Shown here: piece after piece, positions 53,403-64,000 of the stretch
How the letters are laid out: the number at the start of each line of letters is the position of its first letter
Position numbering within the stretch: the first letter of the stretch is position 1
Assembly (NCBI GenBank): GCA_964036045.1
Contig: OZ038378.1
Coordinates: 180,606,001-180,670,000 of the forward strand
Origin: Eutreptiella sp. 'Long Island Sound 2002'
Taxonomy: Eukaryota > Protista > Euglenida
Length of the DNA: 64,000 bases
Direction of reading: 5' to 3'
Notes under the pieces: model-generated
The model's input: only the letters and a program-made list of their open reading frames with translations
The model's database searches: none
Told to the model about the DNA's origin: nothing
Translations under genes and position numbers: made by a program

Positions 53403-56400
53403 CAGGGACTTGCTGACCCACGCACCCACCGAAACACTGCCCTGCGCCCTCGTTATGGGGGGTGCTCAAAGGTGAGTGTCCTATGGCAACTCCAAGGCCC
53501 TTACAGATTGGGACCCCCTACCCGAAGTTTAGTCCCATGGACCAGCCCAACTGCTAGGTGGTGGGCCGTTTCATATAGAGGTATTAATCGGGTTCGAACA
53601 CCCGATCCTTTCCTGCGAGCATCCAACGGGGGGAGGGGGGGGGGGGGGGCAAAAAGGAAAGACCCTCAACTTGAGACCTCATTGAGAGGTGGCGTTCAGG
53701 TCTGTTTCGACCTCTGGGTCCCCCAACTGCCCTGCAGTCTTTTTTCCGTTTGGTCCAAATCTGGCACACACTTTGTCCAAATGATTTGATACAGATGTTG
53801 TAGGAGGACAAACTCATGTATTGAGGGTGTTCTACGGGCAGGGGGGGCTTGACCCCACTGCTGACAGCGTCTTTGTTTTTGTGCTTGCCACTTGACCGCT
53901 GATACCTCACCTGAATCCAGTTCGCTACCTTCCTTGAGGACCTGAGCGGTGCCGTAGCAACGCCATGGACCCAACTGATCATACATAACGATCTGTGTCA
54001 AATAAGATTGTCTCACTTCACATTCCTGAGCAGTGGTACAAATAACCCGGATGTGTCTGAAAGGCCACAGCCCTCCGAACAGGAGGAGCTGTGCCTCAAA
54101 GTACTGTTGAACGAAAACATCGAATATCCAGTCCTTTCATTTCGGATCTTTCCTTGATCCCACTGTCTGCAGTGTCCAACAACTGCATGTGCACTTTCTT
54201 TTCAGTCGTGGAGCCAGATGAAGGTCAGATATGCACCACACATCCTCGCTACGTAGCCACTGGCCTCGTGCAGGTGATACCCGTCAACAAGAGTGAACAC
54301 CAACAGGGCCTGAAACATGGAGAAGACAGAGAAGACACAGACAAAGAAGATGGAGAAGGAGATGGGCCGTGACAGGGAGCATGACAGGGGTGCCGATGGC
54401 CATGGCGGCGCTGATGGCAGTGGTGCAAACAGGGACTGAAATCGGGGAAAGCCGCCCCAACCTAAGCCACCTCCCCATGACTCCTTGCACTTGCCTTGTC
54501 CTCTCTGTAGCTCTTGTACACAAGATTCTGAAGCTTCGAACAGCTGCCCATAATTTCCCATAACCTCCTCCTCCTCCTCCTCCTCCCCACGACCCCTGCT
54601 GTCCGCCACGTGAGATTTACGTCGCCGCAGAATTGATGAACGAATAAATGAGTAAGCATGGTGATGATGTGGGCACACGCACAGGGCAGAGAGGTGTGTG
54701 GTCCTCCTCCTGCCAGGCCCGAACACCCCCTAGCACCGTGTTGGGTTGGAACTGGTTTGGCTGGTTCCCTGGACCTGGTTCCCTGGACCTCGCTCCCTCA
54801 AGACACGGGCACAGTATAAGTCGAACAACCACCTGACGGGCAGGAGCGCGCGACCCCGCGGATGCACTGTAAGTAGATCAGTGTGGGATGGCGCAGGTTC
54901 GGGGGTGGGTGGGTGGGAAACTGAACACTGTAGATAAGAGAGGCAGTGACGCTAAACTGGGGTTTCTGGGGAAACCTGGGTTCTTTTTTTGGTGTTGACT
55001 TTACACGGCGTGTGCCCTGCATGCGCCTTGGTTGGTAGGACCGATACGATATACCCCTAAAATAATGATCTCCCAGGAGCATCAAATGCAGAAAAACACA
55101 ATTCATCTGGCTAAGCAAATCTGTGTTTCTTTGAAAACCCATTCATGGCCTAACTAAGAAACAAAAGGCAAGTGGAAGTCAAAGGTGCAAACTCAGGCTA
55201 GCTCAGGCAAAGCAGAATCCCTGATACCTGTCCTACACCCAATCTCCCTCTCGCCAGGATTGGTGGCCCGGTGCAGTACAAAACCTTTGTACTGCAAGCG
55301 CACAGCGTGCAACATCATCCCCTTCTGGTCTAGACCGAATGTAAGTCGCCCGCTCACCAGATGCTACTGGAGAGAGGTCTCGGAATCAAGGAGCTTCCCG
55401 ATGCTAGAATGTTCCTACACAGCCCTGTGGTGGCGGACATCAAACGCAGTGAGTAAGTCTGAGACCAGGAAATGCAGTGGGAAAGTGCCACACCCGTCGG
55501 CATCCCAGCATGCTGTTGAAACACGAAAAGACCCAGGCGGAGACAGACCGCGGATGTGCAAAGCACAGGGAAACAGAAGCAATGAACAGTATTGGAGAGA
55601 TCAACTGCCACTTGGACGTGGACTTACGCCAGGACAGCGCGCCTCTGGAGGGGGGGGGGGGGGGGCTCTACTGCTGCCGGGCTGACCGTAGCGGTGTGAA
55701 AGAATGGTGGAAAAGCATGACAAAGGATTCATGTTTTCATGATCTACTCCAACGAAATGGACGAGAAACAACCTGTTGGATGGCACACCAAAAGGAGGGT
55801 CCCGTAACTGTTGGGGGGCCAGAGCGAACTTCATGTGTACCCCCACCCCCATGTCCAACGAACAATTTTGTGCTTAAAAAATACGATCCGAACAGGAATG
55901 TTCGTTGGACACACCATTCGGTGCACGCAACAATATTGTGAAATGGCAGTAACACATCCCTAGGCATAAGATACCCAGCCCATTCAATGCGCAATTAGCA
56001 CTTTTGAGAGTAGAAGCCCTTCATGCGGAAAAGTTGAACATGCTCTCCGGGCTTGCGGCCCCTTTTGTTCTTGGCACGGGCAGAAGTGGCAGCCCAATCC
56101 GTCTCAGGCACCTTTGGGACGGACAGCTCACGAGTGTGGTACCGCTTGTATAGCACCTCCTGGCCAGGTGCAAACAGAGAATCAGTCATGGTGGGCCATA
56201 GAGGTCCCGTAGTCGAGGGACACCATTCCCTAACAACCTGCTTCACAAATTTGCCCACCATTACTGCAAGATACATCACAACAGCCCCTCATTTCCCCAA
56301 ACCTTTAGCCTGAAACCGCAGCTCTGGAGCCAGGTACCTAATTAAGTGCCTAATTAATTAGGTCCCAAAAAATACCGTCCGAACGGAAGTGGACTTAGTG

Positions 56401-58140
56401 TTCGGTGGAACAGGGGGGGAAGGGTCTAGACTTGAGGCCTGCTCTTTCTCCTTTTCTTCTTAAAAACACATGACATACAACTGAGGGTCGTCGCTTGTCC
56501 CATGTTGTCCATGCTTCTGCATGCCAGCAGTGGGGGAACGGGGCCAGGGTCTGGCAAAGCACTGCCTTGAAAAGAGGAGGATTGCAACGACTGCTCTAAC
56601 TCTCGAAACACAAACCCGCAGATTGGTTTTGTTTTGGTTCAGACCAAAGCTGGCAAAGCCCTCTTACCAGACGGTACTCGAGAGAGTCTCGGAATCAGGA
56701 ATCAGAGCTTTCCAGTGCTACGATTGTCCCACAGCTCAGTGTGGTAGCGGACATGACACGCAGTTAGGATGAGCTAAATCTGAAGCCAGAAGATGCAGCG
56801 GGAACTGACGCGCACAGGCATCCCAAGGTGCTACGGGAGCACACAGAGACTGGAGGCTGAGAAGAACCAGCGGGTTGTATTGCATAGCATGACAGCATCA
56901 GAGAGGGATAGGGAGACGACATTCAGCCATTGTTGGTCACTGTCCACTTCGGGACTGGAAACACTGCTGTCTCAGTTCTACTTCCGGGGAGCGGGGAGCC
57001 ATGTGTCGTGCACACGGCCGTTTTGATTCAGCGGCCTGGGGGTCTTGGGTTTGTGTTTGTGTTTGTGTTTGTGTGTAGAAACACAAATCCGCAGATTGTG
57101 CAGAGGGCAGGGCAGGTCGTCTTCAACAGGAGCAAACAAAACTCATGCGACAGGGAGCCTGCAATCGGAAAGTAGCTGACGGCAATTGGAGCGGTACTCA
57201 AGCGCAGCACTGATAGAAGTAGTCAAAAACAAAACGGTGAACGACGAGGTCCTTTGTGGGCAACATCTGTGGACACCACCAGGAGGCTCAGCAAAACTTG
57301 GGCGGGTGCGTGGGGGTGTCGCGGAGGGACGGGATGGTGGAGGGTATTGTCTCCTTATAATGAAGGGATATGGTTTAAGCCCATGGTTTCAGTCCATGGT
57401 TTAAGACACGACACCCCCGGCAGTGGAAGTGTGCCAAAACCTCCTTTGGAGGGGGCGGGGACTGAGCAGTATGGGGGGCATATGTTTCTTGGGGGGGATC
57501 ATAGACGGGAGCATGAGGCTTGGGGGATGGTGCAGGCTTGCAGTCAGTACCCGGGCGCCCGGGTCTGCCCGGATGCACCCTCCTGCTCTGGCAGCCACGT
57601 CTGGCTGGGACACAGGGGATGCTCCTGCTCTGCCCGGGTGTGCCCGGATACACCCTATCACTCTGCCCGGATACTAGCTACAGGTCTGGTATGGTGTCAC
57701 GTAGGCCCACGAGCACTATGTGAACATGCACGCATCATAGACACCGGCCGCCAAAGCCAGTGGTCCTGTCAGACCCAAGCCCGGACACCTCTGTGCGTTT
57801 GAGTGTGGCCGAAGGTGGTGAGAATGGGCCGCCAGCAGGTCACCAAACCCACAGAAGCGCATCTCTTTTCCTTTTTTTCGTTGCCTTGCGGCGGCGTGAG
57901 CAACAGTGTCACACCGCTGCACCGCAGATACTCCAAAAGGACAAATGCTACACAGCCCCACCGAAGTAGCGCATCAGTGCCGCATTGCACACACCGATCG
58001 CCCGGATGTGCAGCATCGGCGGTGCATGGGAGCACAATGCAGCCACGTTCGGCAGTTCATCTGAGACAGCAGTCGATATTTCATTGCCTTCAGTAGCAGT
58101 AGATGGGGCTTGAAACCATGAACTGTCCGTGGGAATGGAA

Positions 58141-58167
58141 GGGGTGGGGTGGGGTGGGGTGGGGTGG
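58141..58167 (+). other. (GGGGT)5 potential G-quadruplex
   Basis: Five consecutive G4 tracts. Confidence 0.6.
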
Positions 58168-61100
58168 CTGTGTCTGGGAAGCGAGGGGTCGCCTCGCTCG
58201 CCGTGGCTGAAGCTTATAATGATGCTTATAATGACATCCAGGGCTGTTCTGGACGATAAATAAATTGCCGGACTCCGTTGCGCTCTTACAAAAGCGCCGG
58301 CGGTCAGGCGTATGCTGGCACTTGAGGCACTAGTGCTGTCGGTTACTCCTCAACCGCCATCCTTTCCTGGGTCCCTGTTTTCTGTTGTGATGGGGCTGAG
58401 GACACTCTTGCGGTAATGTGGTGACGAGGGCCGAGTCCCTCCCTCCCTCTGGTCCATCCCTCCATCCGTCCCTCACTCCCTCCCTCAGGCCCTCTCTTGG
58501 GTCTGTGCTCATTCCCATCGCACAGGCCCAATCACATGCGCAATGCCTCGGGTGGGCCATAAGGCCTGGGGTGCACTCCGCGGCATCAAAGGCCAAGTTG
58601 TTGCACTGCGTGCGCACTGCGTGCATACTGCGCACGCAGAGGCCGGGATACTCACCCAAGAATACGTGTCACCTGACTGGTTGCACAGCGAAGCAGCAAA
58701 GCCCACATGAGAACGACGAAACTGCCTTCAACTTAGTCCTCCACTGTCCCTATGAACAAACCACTCAGCCTTGTAAAGTCCGCTTGCTTCGAGTGTTTCG
58801 GTGCCCATGGCTTCGCTCTTGGAGGCGGCGATGAGGTGTCCCTTGACTCGGAGCGCGGGGAATGCGTTGTCCGTGGTCTCTTGGGTGATGGGGACCGCGA
58901 ATAGGGTGAAGGGGAGGGTGGTGGTGATTCTGAGCGTGGACGCGACACACTTGTTGATGGTGAGCGAGGTCAGTGATGTGGTGGGGATGAAGGCCGTACC
59001 ACAAACTCCTCAAGGTCCGCGGGCTATGTATGGCTACATCACCCCTGCCTTCTCGGGGTCCCCATAGTGGGGAGAGTTCAATATGGGGGATGGAAAATGG
59101 GTAAAAATGGTTGACATTGGGCAACAAAGGGTGACAATTCAAATGTGCCACATCCCAAATGCATAGGAAGCTAAAAAAACCCGCAGTATGGAACCAAAAA
59201 CTGGTCAAAGGGGCCAAAAGTAGGGTCTGAGTATTGGCCGACATTCAAAACTTCGCACTGTGTGCGCACTGTGTGTGCACTGTGTGCGCACTGCGTGCAT
59301 GGCATTCCCAAAGGGTTGCGAAACACCGCGACGGTTGGGGGCAGTCGGGCACCGGCACCGGCAAACAGCGCTGGCGACAGCCCAAAAACAAAACAGAAAA
59401 GGCACCCGCAACGTCGCTAGCTTGTATGGCCGTTCGAGAACGACTTCTTGACTGCTTTTCACCCATTCCACAGTGTTGCATGAATGCGTGCCAAACCAGC
59501 ATCAGGACTCTCTTCAAGGAGTGGGACCCCAGCACTGTGCAAAATGACCTCTGGTGCGGCCCATGCGGCTGCTGTTGATGTTGGTGGGACAGTTCCCGTT
59601 GCCGATGCTGCTTCCATTGTGTTTGGTACTGCTGCAGCTGCTGTCGCCGTCGCTGACCTTGGCCTTGGGGTCGCAAAATAGGGGGGTCTTCCCCATTTTT
59701 GCGGCATTGGCAGATTGTCCCGAACAAAAGTGGGTGACAGAACAGGACTGGCAACCGCAAGATCGCCAGAAGGGGTGTCTGCCCTGTGCACAGGCGCAGG
59801 CATCATGACGACACGTGCAAAGCAAAGGGTCAATGGGCCTCAAAGGGCGCATTTTCTCACCTCAAATTTGCGAATCTGAGGCATTCAAATCGCGAAGCCA
59901 GACCAACCGCCAAGCTGTCACATGCCGGCGAAATACTGCTGTCGGCTGCGAGAGTGCGCACGGGGCAGGGGCGCAGGCAACAGAGGCGAATTGCCGAGCC
60001 CCGCAGCCTTTCTCATCGGTATTGCTTCCATCTACACATCTTTTCTTGGAACGGACAGAATGAACAGCAGCATTTGGAAGGAATGGGGCAGAATTATTTG
60101 CGTCATATTTTTTTTGTCGTGGCCGTTTTTGATTTGTTGTCACCCCCGTGTACATCGGCGGGGGAGCCGAGGAAGTAGTGTACAGAGGCTCCTGCATGGC
60201 TATGTACTGCATGCTTGCCAGGCACGTTCCTCAAGACATTGACTGGTCTATACAGTCACTCAGAGGTCTATGAAACTCGAGTATCTCTCGCAGCAAACCC
60301 TCAGGGAGTCAGACCTCGTAACTGGCTGATTGACAGACACTCTAGGTGTAGTAAGGTGTGCCCATGACCGCTACGACTCAGGATCTCATACAGGCAGATG
60401 CAGAACATTGTACGTACTTAACCGTTGCTGTCAAACACCCAGCCGCGAACCACGCGTAGTTCTCGGCTCATTCTCCGCCGAGATCAAAAGGAAAAGAGGG
60501 CAGTACCTGAGAACGCAACCCCCTACTCTTTGCCATTCCCCACTCTACGCGTGACGCCCGCCCCTCTTCCCAGGTGCAGTGTATTTATCGCTGCGCAGCT
60601 GCTGCTTCTTTGTTGGTGTCCCACCCACAGATCATCCTCGTGTTGCCTTTTTGTGACAGAAAGGTACCGATGGTCCTCTGGGCCACTGACGAGCCAATTA
60701 TCTTCCTGTGCTTTGTGCGGATTGCCTTTGTGCACACGTGTGCACACGTGCCATAGCCCAGACATCCTCCGGGGCGTGAAGTATCCATCGCCTCCTCAGA
60801 CTGCACTTGACACGCTTGTATACTGACAATAGTGTGCACCCTTTGTGCCAGTTGCCCCGTGTACTTGAATTGGTCAGCTCGTAGTCGCCTCACAATACTT
60901 TCAGACTGGCCAAAAGGCTGTGTGTTTGCCTCAACAAAATGGTGCTCATGGGCGGTCACGGTGCCACAACAGTGTTTTGATTTGGCCTCGACCTTGGCCA
61001 ATATCTTTAGGGGACACCATGTACTGATTCCAGCCACGTTGGTGGTAGTGCCAAGACGCTACGTTGCAAGGCTTGCAGAGGGTGGATGATAAGCATACTT

Positions 61101-64000
61101 CAACGACTTCTTTTGTGCCTTATTTTTTTCCGCCAAGCCCGATTGGACAGCGATTGGCCATTGCTGTCAAAAATGAAATCATCCCCAAAGGAGCAACCAC
61201 CACACAAAATGTCCTGAAAGCTTGCACAAGAGGCAAATGTAGGGCCATGGGTGATGCTGTGTAATGCACAACTCCCCCAGGTAAAGGAGTAAAATTGACC
61301 AATATCCCGGCAAAGGAACTGGGTGTGTTGCAGGCTCCATGGCATGGAAAACAAGGCAGCAAAGTGTCATGCCAAGCAGGTAGGCAAGTAGGTAAAACAC
61401 ACCACTTGTTTTTGGTGGTCACGAAGGAGACAGTCCTCCGCCCCTCAGAGGAAGACATGGGATGGGGGTAGGCAAAGGGACGGGGTCACGAGAATACCTC
61501 CCATCGGAGAGGCTATGCCGGAGCGCCTGCACGAGGCGCGCACTGACGGAGGAATCACACCGTTTGGGCTGCCAACAACAGCTGCGTGGCCACCTCACCG
61601 AGCGCACTGTGCAGTGGGTCCCTGTGTGGACAGACAGCCACGGGTGTAGCACGGGTGCACCATTAGTTTGGAAAACATATTCTTGACCGGACATCTATGG
61701 ACGTGGCATGAAAATAATTTTGCAACGGGTGAGTGTCGACCAAAAGGCGGGATTGCACCCCCCCCCCCCCCCCCCGCCCCCCCTACCAGCCATGTGAGCA
61801 GAGGTGCAACTCCCACTCTCGTCCCACTCTCTCCTCCAAAAAACGCTTCCTTACCGTCTGGTGATAAACTATGTGTACAATTTCCTCTCCAGATCTTGAA
61901 AGATTGCGCACATCTGGAAGCACCAACTGGCATACCGGGGCTGTCTTTTTGGAGATCCCCTCCTTACCAGGGCCAGATCAAGACATCACACAATCCCAGA
62001 GAGTGATAAGGCCACAACGTGCTCCAAAAACTGTAAGACTCATGGCAGTTTTAGTCGTGCCTATCACCACAGCAGCCTCTACACTATACTACAAGCAATC
62101 ATGTAGCACCCTTCTTGGTGCTGCCTGGCCGACAGCAGCTCAGTCGGCCAGAGCCGAAATCTGTTGGTAAATGTAGCAATTCCTTTAGGCTGAATAGGGT
62201 TCCCACGTGTCTGCATTGATGGCGCACGGTCTTAAGTTCATTTGTGTTGTGTCTATTTGAGGTGTGGTGTGGTGTGGCTGGCCGTGCTGCGGTATGCTGT
62301 GCTTTGGCCCCATGTGCTGGGACATGCTTTGGTAGGCGACATTGTGCTGCGCTGCGTCCGCCTTTTGTGCCGAGTTGTGCTGGGCTGTGCTGCCGTGGTG
62401 TGCGTCGTGGTGCCCACAAAAGCAAAGCGCAGCTTCCGCGGCACAGCCCAGCGCCCAACACCACACCACAGCGCAACTGTCCGATGAATGCAGCCGTCGA
62501 AGTGCTGAAACGACCAACCATAGCCACAGGGCAGAACAAGGCAAGCGGAAAGTGGGACAGGGTGGGGGCGGGGTGAGGTCGGGTGGGGTGAGGTCAGGTG
62601 GGGCAGCTCGTCACACATGCCTCGCGGGCCTTGCCTGGCTTGTTGGGGCACAAGTATGGGAAAATGGTTGTGGGCACCACTACAGGCGTCAGCAGTGGGA
62701 CAACATGCGGATTGGAGGATGAATGGTGCCTGAAAGCCTGGGCACAGCCCCGTGCGTGAAAACCAATACATTTGGAACCCCTGGGGTCAGTCACAGCATT
62801 CACAGGGATGCAATTGATGACCACTGCCGGTAGATGGAAGCTCTCCGCTCGCACTTTTAACGGGACAGCCGCATGGACGAGGACGTGTCTGCGCCCCGCA
62901 GTATATGCCATGACAGAATGCCTTGTGGCCATTGTCAAAAATTGATCGTCGTAAAATGGAGCCTACCCACTCGTGTTCGCTGTCAACCAATGCACGCCGA
63001 TTGAGTACCAGACATGGCATTGGTGGCCCCGGGATGAGCTACTGCACCCCCTTTGGGGAAAAGCCACCCAGGGGTCATGGGCCATGGGAGGGAAACCCGT
63101 ACAACATGTCCTTGTTGTCATGTCTTGTCATCATGATCATTCATCTGCGGCCTTTGCAGCGCCCCCCGCGCCCATGTTAATGGCCCGGGCCATGATTCTT
63201 CCTTCCGGAGGGGGGTTCCATTGACAGGGGGCTGGGGGAAAGAAGAAAAGAAAGAACTATGGGCATACAAAATTTGGTGGTGCCGGGCTGTGCACCTCCA
63301 GGCTGTAGAAGGCAGGTGGGTGTTCCATGACGGCTGGTGGGCTACCCTGTCATACGACCGGCGTCAAGGGTCATGTCTCAGCATGGGGCCCACCACGCAT
63401 TGGCACATGAGGGTGGCATGATCGCATTGCAAGAGAACGCTTTTCGCGCGCCGCAGGCCCGGAGGCACTTTTCCGGGCGCCATATGCACCGGGTGCGAAG
63501 AGACCTGGCCCAAAAGGGATGGCACCCCATCTAACATGAAAGGGGTGTGAGAATCCCTCTGTATGACGTGCCTGCCGGTCGACTGCAGCACTCGGGAAGT
63601 GTGGCGGTGTGGGACACTTTTGTGGGTGAGAGCAGAATATATGTCCCATATGCAACGAAAACAAAGCACAGCAAGTAATGCAGCAGTTGTTTCCTGAATA
63701 CAAACTACATTACAAGGAGTACTCATTGAAGAACGCCCACCATTTGTAAGCCAAAGCGCAACGTACCGCCATAATGCTCTATTAAGAACGCAAACAAAAA
63801 GGAGTATGGGGTACTAAAATAAAGCAACCAGTTAATGGGCCGTCAATTGCGCAATTGTGGTGGCGGCTCTAATCGTGCTCGACGGCTAGACGGCTCGACG
63901 GCTGTGATTAGAGGATCAAAATATTAAATCTGAAAATATATCGCTTTCATAATCAACAATGTCAATGTAGCGACCTGCCGCCTACGAAATCCGACCTGGG

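Noticed and set aside
55180-56280. Ty3/Gypsy integrase C-terminal remnant (FAPGQEVLYKR, WREGDWV)
   Set aside because: Only short motif echoes; no DDE core or LTRs seen.
59050-59480. Ty3/Gypsy RNase H remnant
   Set aside because: Similarity is too weak and fragmented to support.
60830-61090. SNF2 motif Ia or DIRS methylase-like segment (ATLVVVP)
   Set aside because: A single short motif without the neighbouring diagnostic motifs.

Overview
Eukaryotic, repeat-rich genomic DNA with spliceosomal GT-AG exons, microsatellites and satellites. It is probably a protist; a euglenozoan origin is only a guess. There are no prokaryotic operons and no cas genes. The main feature is a ~9.25-kb, recently inactivated non-LTR retrotransposon (about 2795-12043, + strand) bounded on both sides by (GT)n arrays. 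It encodes one ~2,360-codon polyprotein: a long novel N-terminus, a Cys/His finger, AP endonuclease, reverse transcriptase and RNase H, broken by 5 in-frame stops and 2 frameshifts. Its ~1.5-kb leader starts with a run of strong hairpins. Directly upstream of the ORF it carries a CRISPR-like repeat-spacer array: 8 copies of CTGGTTAAAGGG separated by unique, mostly 32-43 nt spacers. This RT-plus-array unit is the best candidate for an undescribed system. The rest of the window holds a large minus-strand multi-exon host gene (or genes), including three in-frame exons for a dual-specificity phosphatase fold lacking its catalytic Cys and Arg. It also holds a decayed DNA-transposase-like gene, a Harbinger-type MITE, tRNA-like SINE candidates, several satellites and a partly inverted duplication of an intron. 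All calls were made by eye; no database searches were run.
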